Positions 1-7,940 of a DNA stretch of 64,000 nucleotides are shown here, one piece after another (position 1 is the stretch's first letter; each line of letters begins with the position of its first letter). The DNA lies in assembly GCA_902609415.1 (NCBI GenBank), contig CACLRR010000001.1:6466-70465 (forward strand), written 5' to 3'. Source of the stretch: an uncultured Chlamydiae bacterium (GTDB lineage Bacteria > Chlamydiota > Chlamydiia > Chlamydiales > CACLRR01). A program made the translations under genes and the position numbers. Below the pieces are notes generated by a model. It made no database searches. It worked only from the letters and a program-made list of their open reading frames with translations, and was not told where the DNA came from.

Positions 1-552
1 ATCAGAAATATTAAGTGTTCTTGAATCCTTAAAAATATAAGGAGAAATAGATGCTTTATCAAAGGCCTCTCTGATAAAAACTACCTTACCTCTATATTCA
101 TTCAGCCTACGAAAGCGATTAATTCTTCTCTTATAAACGCTAGAAAATCTAGTATAAAATGATTCAAATTCAGATCGGTGATTAATTCCTTCATCTGAAA
201 AGTGAGGGAATTCCATACCATATTCAGCTATTACTAGGTGATTTGCAACAATGCTTATATATTCCTGTTCTAAAAAATGATCAAAATCTCTTTCAAGTAG
301 ATCTACTAGCTTATCTTCATTAACTGACAATGTCCAATCAAATGGAAAAGCGCATTTTCGTAAACGCGCTTTTTCTAGTTTAAAATTTGGTCCGCACCAG
401 GAGCCTAAAGGAACAAACAAAGGATCGGTGCAATTGTAATCAAGGATTACAGGATCTTCTTTTCCTCCCTCGGAAGAGTTAACATGAATTAAGGCAACTA
501 AGACAAAAATTAAAAAATATCGAGATTGTCTAGATAAATGTGATATTATCAC
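1..552 (-). CDS. DUF1796-like exported protein (putative papain-like cysteine peptidase fold); 3' end cut by window edge
   Basis: Not in the ORF track because it runs off the window. Hand translation of the minus strand: frame open from 552 to 1 (184 codons, no tta/cta/tca triplets in frame). GTG start at 552-550, with TTG at 573-571 as an alternative. Product: VIISHLSRQSRYFLIFVLVALIHVNSSEGG..PLGSWCGPNFKLEKARLRKCAFPFDW..MEFPHFS. The LGS.C...LR...PFDW and F.H.F motifs match my memory of Pfam DUF1796. Hydrophobic signal-like N-terminus. Confidence 0.6.
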   Translation of the reverse strand, partial: MIISHLSRQSRYFLIFVLVALIHVNSSEGGKEDPVILDYNCTDPLFVPLGSWCGPNFKLEKARLRKCAFPFDWTLSVNEDKLVDLLERDFDHFLEQEYISIVANHLVIAEYGMEFPHFSDEGINHRSEFESFYTRFSSVYKRRINRFRRLNEYRGKVVFIREAFDKASISPYIFKDSRTLNISD

Positions 553-769
553 TACTCTCTGCTTGAACCTCAAGATGATTTTCTTTGTATGTTTATACTT
601 ATATCATTCAAGATACAAAGTTGTCATCTACTATGACCTGATTCCAATTGCTCACAAAAAATTGCTTAGATAATATATTTGATAATTGTACATTAACTAA
701 CAACTGTAAAATCATTTCATTGACCATTTTAATAGCTTAAATATATTAAATATGATAATTTTTCTCTGA

Positions 770-1864
770 ATGACGAAAATAAAATACCTCCGCATAATCC
801 TATTTGTAAATTGCTTCTATGCCTCTATACAATCAGAACTAGTCATTGATCCAGATATTAAAAAACACCTAAAGCTAATCAAAGACAAACCAACTCAGGA
901 TGGATTACTAAACATTGATTACATCTATATGATCAATCTAGAGCAGAATACAGACAGATGGAAAACAAGCCTCTCTGAATTACAACGTTATGGAATCAAA
1001 CCATTTAGATTCTCTGCAATTAATGGTTGGGAGCTTTCAGTAGATGCAATTAATGACATAGGAGTAAAATATGAGAGCTGGATGGATCCCATTATAAAAA
1101 AAGGAATTAGTGACCTAGGAGTATACTGGAGTTCAATAACAGTTGACGGTTATACAGATATCATCGGATATAAATGGCCCAAAACTAACCCACAAGGTTT
1201 TCCTGCAACATGTTATCTCCCTGAACAACAACTAAACTTATATGAAAACTCCTTGGACCATAGAAATTTGGTAACAAAATTTGGAGAAATACCCAATCAA
1301 TCATATTTTACACACGATTATTATCCAGGACAGATAGGCTGTGCATTAAGTCATTTATCTATTTTGCAGGATGCATATGATTGCGGATACGAAATTATTT
1401 GGGTTTTAGAAGATGATATAGTTGTTACTGAAGATCCTCATCAATTATCAGACCTTATTAGTGAACTTAACACAACTGTCGGAGAGAATAACTGGGATAT
1501 ACTATTTACTGACCAAGATCATAGGCATTACGAAACTGGTGAATACCTACCTTGTAAGTCTTTTGCTTACAGACCAAACTTTTATCCTGAAAATACTAAG
1601 CGTTTTTCAATGAGATACCAAGTAAGTAAAAATATAGATCAAATCGGTGCTAGATATAGTACAGCATCTATGATTATCAAAAGATCTGGAATAAAAAAGC
1701 TACTTAATTTCATTTATAAATATCAACTATTTCTCCCTATTGATATGGAAATGACCTTACCAAATGATATAAAATTATTCTGCTCAAGAAAAGATATAGT
1801 ATCTCAATCCTGCGGGAAACTAGGTAATATTGCAATACCACCAGGCATAAATAATAAAGATTAA
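770..1864 (+). CDS. Glycosyltransferase family 25 (Lic2B/LgtB and collagen Gal-T type) with N-terminal signal peptide
   Basis: 364-aa ORF. DYIYMINLEQNTDRWKTSLSELQRYGIKPFRFSAINGWEL and GQIGCALSHLSILQDAYDCGYEIIWVLEDDIVV fit the GT25 (PF01755) N-terminal and EDD regions from memory. N-terminus MTKIKYLRIILFVNCFYASIQS is signal-peptide-like. Confidence 0.85.
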   Translation: MTKIKYLRIILFVNCFYASIQSELVIDPDIKKHLKLIKDKPTQDGLLNIDYIYMINLEQNTDRWKTSLSELQRYGIKPFRFSAINGWELSVDAINDIGVKYESWMDPIIKKGISDLGVYWSSITVDGYTDIIGYKWPKTNPQGFPATCYLPEQQLNLYENSLDHRNLVTKFGEIPNQSYFTHDYYPGQIGCALSHLSILQDAYDCGYEIIWVLEDDIVVTEDPHQLSDLISELNTTVGENNWDILFTDQDHRHYETGEYLPCKSFAYRPNFYPENTKRFSMRYQVSKNIDQIGARYSTASMIIKRSGIKKLLNFIYKYQLFLPIDMEMTLPNDIKLFCSRKDIVSQSCGKLGNIAIPPGINNKD

Positions 1865-1886
1865 ATCAACGTGTATATAGACAATT

Positions 1887-3359
1887 ATGAATAAAAAAAT
1901 ATCAATAATTTACTTATTTCTTACCCTTAATTTCCTATATAGCTACAGCATAGTAGAGCCAGACAAAAACTTATTCGGTTGGAAAGGAAAACCTATTGAA
2001 GTTTTAAAATTATTCTCCTCAAAGGTAAGTAATATTGCTATTACTGGAGATCTAGATTCTAATCTGATTCTTAAACTTCAAAATCTATGGCCAGATGCAA
2101 ACATCATAAAAGACTCAAATAATCCATTATTTGGGGAATATCCATATTCAAAAGAAAATGGTCCTATAAACCTATTACTAATAGGGAAAAGTAATCTTGA
2201 TATATTTAAAATTAGGGATATATTATTAAATAACAGGGATCTAAATACAATTTATATCGATATATTAAATACAGATCATACATTACTAAAAAGTTATATA
2301 GATACACTTAATGAGAATGAATATATTGAGGTTCACAATTTTTACTCTAATTCATCTGCTTATAAAATATTTGTTAAAACCTATTTATTTGCAGAAGAAG
2401 AAAAAATTCAAATTTTCAAACAAGCTAATTTTTTTGATTCATACCATCGTTATTTTGTTCCTTTACAAAATCTCTACTTTGAGATTGAAAAAACTGCGAC
2501 AAGACATGATTCGATTAAAGAAGATTTTATACGCAAAGGTTTACCCTATGAATACGATATAAATTTGATTATCCTAGATTTAATTCAAAAAGGCAGCTCA
2601 GTTATTGATATAGGAGCACATATCGGAGTTCACACACATTCGATGTCAAAAAAAACAGGTCCTCTTGGTGTAGTTTATGCATTTGAACCTGATAATATTT
2701 TATATTTAGAGCTTATTAATAATCTAAGGATTAACAATTGTTACAACGTCATTCCAATATCAAAATGTGTAGCAGAAGAGGAAAGGTTAGGAATGTATGC
2801 TGGTTTCGTTTGCATTGATCTATATGACCAAGAAACCTTAAAAGAATTTAAAGATAAATCAAAAGCTACTGCCTTTGATAAAAATATATCTCGCCTCTCT
2901 GGTCTACGTACTTTTATTGATGAAAATTCAAAAGCAGAATGTAATATTACTTCAACTGTAGCAATAGATGACTATAACATAAACAACCTTTCATTAATTA
3001 AAATGGATATAGAAGGTTTTGAATATTATGCACTAGAGGGTGCTAAGGAAACAATCTTAAGAGAGCTACCAGCAATCATTTTTGAATGTTGGGTCAATGT
3101 AGAAAATCATGCATTATCTCTACTCCCCTGGAAAGAGAACTTTGATAGGATCTATTATTTTTTAGACCAATGTAATTATGATGTATATAGTATATTTAAC
3201 AGCGATTTTATCGCATTACCAAGACTTAGTAATGACAAAAACATTAATAAATATAAAAGAATGCTCAATAAAATAGACTTAGAAAAGAATGAGTTTAATA
3301 TCGGTGTTGAACCACCTCTAAATATTGTCGATAAAGTACCCTTTCTAAATGAATTATAA
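1887..3359 (+). CDS. FkbM-family SAM methyltransferase with about 210-aa N-terminal domain of unknown function and signal peptide
   Basis: 490-aa ORF. VIDIGAHIGVHTHSMSKKTGPLGVVYAFEPDN plus IKMDIEGFEYYALEGA are the FkbM (Methyltransf_21, TIGR01444) signatures. N-terminus MNKKISIIYLFLTLNFLYSYS. I recognise nothing in residues ~25-215. Confidence 0.85.
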   Translation: MNKKISIIYLFLTLNFLYSYSIVEPDKNLFGWKGKPIEVLKLFSSKVSNIAITGDLDSNLILKLQNLWPDANIIKDSNNPLFGEYPYSKENGPINLLLIGKSNLDIFKIRDILLNNRDLNTIYIDILNTDHTLLKSYIDTLNENEYIEVHNFYSNSSAYKIFVKTYLFAEEEKIQIFKQANFFDSYHRYFVPLQNLYFEIEKTATRHDSIKEDFIRKGLPYEYDINLIILDLIQKGSSVIDIGAHIGVHTHSMSKKTGPLGVVYAFEPDNILYLELINNLRINNCYNVIPISKCVAEEERLGMYAGFVCIDLYDQETLKEFKDKSKATAFDKNISRLSGLRTFIDENSKAECNITSTVAIDDYNINNLSLIKMDIEGFEYYALEGAKETILRELPAIIFECWVNVENHALSLLPWKENFDRIYYFLDQCNYDVYSIFNSDFIALPRLSNDKNINKYKRMLNKIDLEKNEFNIGVEPPLNIVDKVPFLNEL

Positions 3360-3393
3360 ACAATATAAATGATTATCTTTTTTAAATAAGCAG

Positions 3394-4503
3394 ATGTTTA
3401 CTATGAAAACTATACTTCAATTACTATTCATATTTCTTACCCAACTTAATCTCTATGGACTTGACCAACAAAAATTCTATACTATTTTAAATGAAAAAAT
3501 CCCAGAATGGATGCAATCACAGATTGACAATGATCTCTCTCCATTTATCACCGGTCTAGAGAAAAAAACACTAGATACAATCTTTGAAAGAAACAATCAG
3601 TTGTGTTTAACAAGAATCATTATTTCTTCTAATAATATTGATATTATCTATGGTAACGGATCAGAAGAACATCCTACTACTAAGCAATTTGTAAACGGTT
3701 TTCTAAAATTAAATGAATTAGTCACTCTACCCGATGCTGATTTAATTTTCTCTGGTCATGATACATTAAGTATTCACTCTGGATGGTTTTCTTTTAAAGA
3801 CTGCCCTATTCTAGTTGAAACTAAACCTAAGGATAATCCTGGCGGTATCTTAATACCAGATAGATGGGCTCTACAAGACTATTCCATTTTCAAAAAATCA
3901 ATCCAAGAAGGTAACATTAACCATGGTGATTGGAACAATAAACTTAATAAACTTCTTTTTCGCGGGACCGATAAAGGTTCTGGCGCTATACCATCCCTAT
4001 GGTTAAAATCTCCACGTATCCTATTAACTACTCTCTCAAATAAATGCCCAGAGAAAATAGATGCAAAATTCGTAAAATTACAATTCAAATGTATGCAACA
4101 AATTGCATTAGATAAGAATTTTCTTGGTGAATTTATTCCAATAGAAAATATTGGTCACTATAAATATATCATGGACATCGATGGTAATTGTGCTTCTCCA
4201 CTGAGAAGTGCACTTTCCCTATTTTCAAATTCTACAGTATTTAAACAAAATAGTTCCTCAATACTTTGGTGGTATAATGCTCTAATTCCTAATACACACT
4301 ATATTCCTGTAGAAAACGATTTATCTGATCTAATAATGAAGATAGACTGGGCAATAAATAATGATCCGTGCTGTGCAACGATTGCAAAGAATGCAATGGA
4401 TTTAGCCGATCAGATCTTGAATGAAGAAACAGCTCTTGCTTACCTATACAGACTTTTGCAATCTTATTCTAAAAAACAAAAGGATTCTTATAATCATATT
4501 TAA
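3394..4503 (+). CDS. Glycosyltransferase family 90 (CAP10 / POGLUT / LPS-modifying type), exported
   Basis: 369-aa ORF. KYIMDIDGNCASPLRSALSLFSNSTVFKQNSSSILWWYNALIPNTHYIPVENDLSDLIMKIDWAINND matches the CAP10/Glyco_transf_90 C-terminal core. N-terminus MFTMKTILQLLFIFLTQLNLYG. Confidence 0.85.
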   Translation: MFTMKTILQLLFIFLTQLNLYGLDQQKFYTILNEKIPEWMQSQIDNDLSPFITGLEKKTLDTIFERNNQLCLTRIIISSNNIDIIYGNGSEEHPTTKQFVNGFLKLNELVTLPDADLIFSGHDTLSIHSGWFSFKDCPILVETKPKDNPGGILIPDRWALQDYSIFKKSIQEGNINHGDWNNKLNKLLFRGTDKGSGAIPSLWLKSPRILLTTLSNKCPEKIDAKFVKLQFKCMQQIALDKNFLGEFIPIENIGHYKYIMDIDGNCASPLRSALSLFSNSTVFKQNSSSILWWYNALIPNTHYIPVENDLSDLIMKIDWAINNDPCCATIAKNAMDLADQILNEETALAYLYRLLQSYSKKQKDSYNHI

Positions 4504-4521
4504 ACCTAACAAAGGAATGAA

Positions 4522-5127
4522 ATGAAGTTGTATTTTATATTAGCGCTCTTATTAACAAATTCTGTCTTCGCTGATGACACTATTTTAAACAAAAAAAATC
4601 TTCATGATGTATATAAAAAATACTCTGGACCAGATGGCAGTGGTGACAAAGGAACAGCGCACTCCTATATTGATGTCTACAATAAGAAGATCAATCAACC
4701 ACAATGCTCACTTTTAGAAATTGGTATATATGAAGGTCTATCCCTCCTAATGTGGAAGGATTATCTACCCAATGCCAATATTTTCGGTGTTGATATAACA
4801 GATCAATTTATTATGCATGATTTAAGCTCATGCAATGTCATTATTGATGATGCAACTTCAATAGGTTTCTCTCATCGCTTCGATGATCATTCTCTTGACT
4901 ATATTATAGATGACGGATCTCACAGTCTCCTCGATCAACTAAATTCATTAGCCTATTTGTTTCAAAAATTAAAATCTGGAGGAATATATTTTATTGAGGA
5001 TGTACCTATACAAAACATAAGTACATTACTAGAACATCTTAGCTCATGTAAATATAATTATGAAGTACATATGGGTAATATTGCGACACGATTTGATGAT
5101 ATACTTGTTATAATTTATGCTCCTTAG
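4522..5127 (+). CDS. Class I SAM-dependent methyltransferase (small, sugar-O-MT-like) with cleavable signal peptide
   Basis: 201-aa ORF. LLEIGIYEGLSLLMWKDYLPNANIFGVDI is SAM motif I followed by an acidic residue. IIDDGSHS and GGIYFIEDV fit post-I/II motifs. N-terminus MKLYFILALLLTNSVFA followed by DD. Confidence 0.7.
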   Translation: MKLYFILALLLTNSVFADDTILNKKNLHDVYKKYSGPDGSGDKGTAHSYIDVYNKKINQPQCSLLEIGIYEGLSLLMWKDYLPNANIFGVDITDQFIMHDLSSCNVIIDDATSIGFSHRFDDHSLDYIIDDGSHSLLDQLNSLAYLFQKLKSGGIYFIEDVPIQNISTLLEHLSSCKYNYEVHMGNIATRFDDILVIIYAP

Positions 5128-5134
5128 TAAAGAT

Positions 5135-5164
5135 ATGGTAGTCACAATAATTAATGACTACCAT
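5135..5164. terminator. Hairpin between convergent genes (possible bidirectional terminator)
   Basis: Perfect 10-bp inverted repeat atggtagtca (5135-5144) / tgactaccat (5155-5164) with a 10-nt loop. It lies in the 71-nt gap between the stops of 4522..5127(+) and 5199..6311(-). No clear T-run on either side. Confidence 0.45.
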
Positions 5165-5198
5165 AATAAAAAGACACAACTCCCCATCCTAGTCATCC

Positions 5199-6311
5199 TT
5201 AATTATTAATACCTTGTATTAGAGCATAGGCTTTCAACAGTTTATATAGATATAGATAAACAGCTTCCTCTGATAAAATTCTACTTGCTAATTTTGAAGC
5301 ATTACTACTAATCATTCGACATTCAGTGTCATGACTTATTGCCCACTCTAGCTGTTCTAAAAGATCTGAAAGATCATTTTTCACTGGTATATAATGCTCA
5401 TAAGGCTTAATTTCACTATACCACCATTGATAAGAATCAGTACTATGCTTAAAGACTAGAGAATTTGAAAACAGAAGTACTGCCAACCTAGGAACAGATG
5501 CGGATGTACCATCTAGATCCATAAGATATTTATACCTAGGATACTCTTCCATAGATGTCCAATCCCAAGTAAAAAGATGATTATCTTCAGCAAACCTATT
5601 CATGTTAGTAAAATGTAATCCTCTCTCTGTTCTAAAAAACTTTGCATTAATCAGTAATGGATATTCTTGTGATAATAATGCAATCCGAGCTCTAGGACAT
5701 TTAGGCCAAGCTTCTGGAAGGAAAGATCCATCAGAATCGGTCCCTCTAAAAAAAAGTGTTTCTATCTTTGTGTCCCAATTATTATAGATAGTATTACCCT
5801 TATCAATCAGTGATTTTTCAGCGTCATATCCTCTAAGTGCCATTAGATCTGGAATCAAAATTCCACCTGAGTCCTCTATTTTTTTACTCCAAACAAAAAT
5901 AGGTAAATCATTAATTTGCAAGCCCCCTATGTTTACCGGTAGTGTATCACAACCTGTTATCAATAAATCTAAATCAGCTAATTCTATTATTGAATTAAGC
6001 TTTTCAATTCCACGAATAACATGATCAATAGTCCATAATCTATTAGGTACTATATCCTCAGTTGTTACCACGGAATTTCTTATAGACACTAATGTTAGAT
6101 GTGCTCTATCTCCAAATTTTTCTAAAATTTCATTTAAAACATCTCTGCGTAGATCTTCCTTTTGAAAAGGTGCTAATTCCTTTTCAATTCTTTCCTCCAT
6201 CCATTTAGGCTTGCTGTTCTGAACTAATTCATGAAAATAAGCTGTGTTAAGTCCATGAGCATACGTAATAAGAAAACAGGAATAAAAAAGCGCAACTATG
6301 CAATTTTGCAT
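5199..6311 (-). CDS. Glycosyltransferase family 90 (CAP10-type), paralogue of 3394..4503, exported
   Basis: 370-aa ORF. KYLMDLDGTSASVPRLAVLLFSNSLVFKHSTDSYQWWYSEIKPYEHYIPVKNDLSDLLEQLEWAISHD: 38 of 68 aligned residues are identical to the other GT90 in this stretch (hand count). N-terminus MQNCIVALFYSCFLITYAHG. Confidence 0.85.
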   Translation of the reverse strand: MQNCIVALFYSCFLITYAHGLNTAYFHELVQNSKPKWMEERIEKELAPFQKEDLRRDVLNEILEKFGDRAHLTLVSIRNSVVTTEDIVPNRLWTIDHVIRGIEKLNSIIELADLDLLITGCDTLPVNIGGLQINDLPIFVWSKKIEDSGGILIPDLMALRGYDAEKSLIDKGNTIYNNWDTKIETLFFRGTDSDGSFLPEAWPKCPRARIALLSQEYPLLINAKFFRTERGLHFTNMNRFAEDNHLFTWDWTSMEEYPRYKYLMDLDGTSASVPRLAVLLFSNSLVFKHSTDSYQWWYSEIKPYEHYIPVKNDLSDLLEQLEWAISHDTECRMISSNASKLASRILSEEAVYLYLYKLLKAYALIQGINN

Positions 6312-6390
6312 TTCACCTCACTGATATAAGTTGGAGTCTACTATGGTCCATAGCAACAAGCAAAAAATCAACTAAATAAATAAAAGACCA

Positions 6391-7332
6391 TCAAATACTA
6401 TCATCAATGAATCCAATCTCTCTAAAATATTCGATATTTTTCAAAATATACTCCGGATAAGTATCGTCTATCGGTACAAGGGTTGTTTTTTCTTCTACTG
6501 TTTCTCTCCAGTCAAGATAATCTTGATTTATTTCCCTAACTATAAAATCATCTTTATAATGAGAGAAACTGCTAAACTTATACTTGATTCTTTCATATCC
6601 ACCTTGTGAAGAAAAATGCCAACCTGAACTAATCATGCAGGTAATCGGAGTGTTTCGCTTACGGTAACGATGATCCTCAGGATTGTCATAAACGATATGT
6701 TCATGAGACCACTGCCTAATTGTCGATATTGTTGGTGATTTCTTCAAATCATTATAACTTAATGCACAGGAGGCTGACGATTCAGGTGCCCAATTATATA
6801 GTCTATTTAAAAAATAATAGTAGCAAAGATTCTCTATTGATACTATTTCATGTTGAGCTACCAGTTCCTTAATTCGTTTTATACTTCTTCCTTCAGGTAT
6901 TTCATCACAATCCGATAAAATGATCACATCATCAGAGTTACAATCCTTTAGCCCTTGCATTAACTGATTCCTCTGATAAAATTCTCTCATCCATGCAAAA
7001 TTATTTTCTTGGTTTTCATTATAAGCTTTTTCATCCAAATACTTTCCTACACACTGTTCATTCCACGCTGTCGGTAATTTATCTAACTTTATGTAAATAA
7101 TTTTATCTAAGAATTGTGCATATCTTTCCTTGTTAACTTCAAAATAATATGGCTTTGCTATCCCAGAAAAAGTCTCATTTGCTTCTACTATTACAAAGTG
7201 ATCAACATGATCATAAAGCTCATTAAATCTAATATCTAAAGTCTCAAGCTCATTAAAAAAAATAAAACAATCATATACTTTTCCTAAAAGTAAATTTGGT
7301 AACATTAGCAATATATAAAAGAAATTTCTCAT
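6391..7332 (-). CDS. Glycosyltransferase family 17 (beta-1,4-mannosyl-glycoprotein GlcNAc-transferase / GnT-III-like), exported
   Basis: 313-aa ORF. VYDCFIFFNELETLDIRFNELYDHVDHFVIVEANETFSGIAKPYYF is the characteristic GT17 (PF04724) N-terminal block. N-terminus MRNFFYILLMLPNLLLG. Confidence 0.85.
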   Translation of the reverse strand: MRNFFYILLMLPNLLLGKVYDCFIFFNELETLDIRFNELYDHVDHFVIVEANETFSGIAKPYYFEVNKERYAQFLDKIIYIKLDKLPTAWNEQCVGKYLDEKAYNENQENNFAWMREFYQRNQLMQGLKDCNSDDVIILSDCDEIPEGRSIKRIKELVAQHEIVSIENLCYYYFLNRLYNWAPESSASCALSYNDLKKSPTISTIRQWSHEHIVYDNPEDHRYRKRNTPITCMISSGWHFSSQGGYERIKYKFSSFSHYKDDFIVREINQDYLDWRETVEEKTTLVPIDDTYPEYILKNIEYFREIGFIDDSI

Positions 7333-7399
7333 GGACTCCCCTCATTATTTTATAATAAGTTATCCTTCTCATTAATATTTTTCTACCTTAGAAACTTCT

Positions 7400-7545
7400 T
7401 CTTCCTTAAGAAATTTTCATCAAACTGATATGTTAGATATGAATCCCTTTTTGATAGAGCAAAAATTACATAACAGAATTTTCATCTAAATCCTTTAGAA
7501 TAAGAAAACAGGATTAAAGAAGGGCAATTTTATAATTTTCCACTT
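7400..7545 (-). pseudogene. Decayed 5' fragment of a GT90 gene (copy of the start of 5199..6311)
   Basis: 7499-7545 aligns by eye with 6268-6311 (aataagaaaacagg...gcaatttt). The ATG (cat at 6309-6311) is destroyed in the copy (..gcaattttataatttt..). Weaker similarity continues down to about 7400 (e.g. catatctaacat vs catctaacat). No ORF. Confidence 0.5.
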
Positions 7546-7618
7546 AACCTCACTCATATAAGTTAGAGTCTAGTATGCTCCACAGTAACAGGCAAAAAAT
7601 CAAATAAATAAAAGACCA

Positions 7619-7737
7619 CCAACTGCTATCATCAGTGAATTCAGTCTCTCTAAAATATTCGATATTTTTTAAAATATACTCCGAATAAGTATCGTCTATC
7701 GTTACAAGGGTTATTTTTTTCTACTGCTTCTCTCCAG
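7619..7737 (-). pseudogene. Decayed 3' fragment of a GT17 gene (copy of the end of 6391..7332)
   Basis: Aligns with 6391-6511. The copy translates IDDTYSEYILKNIEYFRETEFTDDSSW against IDDTYPEYILKNIEYFREIGFIDDSI-stop in the intact gene. The stop codon is lost (tca to cca at 7619-7621), and an in-frame TAG and an indel lie upstream. The intergenic spacer 6312-6390 is also copied (7546-7618). Confidence 0.75.
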
Positions 7738-7940
7738 CTGTATCAACATAATCTACATCTGCACGATTTATCTGGATATCTGTTATTAAATGATCATTGA
7801 TTGAACCACTACATAGAAGAAAAAATAAACAAAAAATATCATTGCCAAAAACTTATACTAAAACAATATTGTATATCATTATTTTATATTATAACATACT
7901 ATCTACCTGAAAGATAAGACCATTAACTATAGGAGAAAAC

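Noticed and set aside
1422-2562. Alternative-frame ORFs inside the GT25 and FkbM genes (1422..1613, 2311..2562). Similar same-strand out-of-frame ORFs lie elsewhere (e.g. 22735..22920, 26056..26301, 49792..50118).
   Set aside because: They overlap well-supported genes in another frame, are Lys/Ile/Leu-rich as expected from AT-rich DNA, and carry no motifs.
1100-4600. A7-A8 homopolymer runs inside island genes (e.g. near 1097, 2648, 3562, 4591) as possible phase-variation switches, as in GT25 LOS genes of Haemophilus/Neisseria
   Set aside because: Runs of 7-8 A are frequent throughout this AT-rich window, including in core genes, and are shorter than typical contingency tracts. There is no evidence for slippage.
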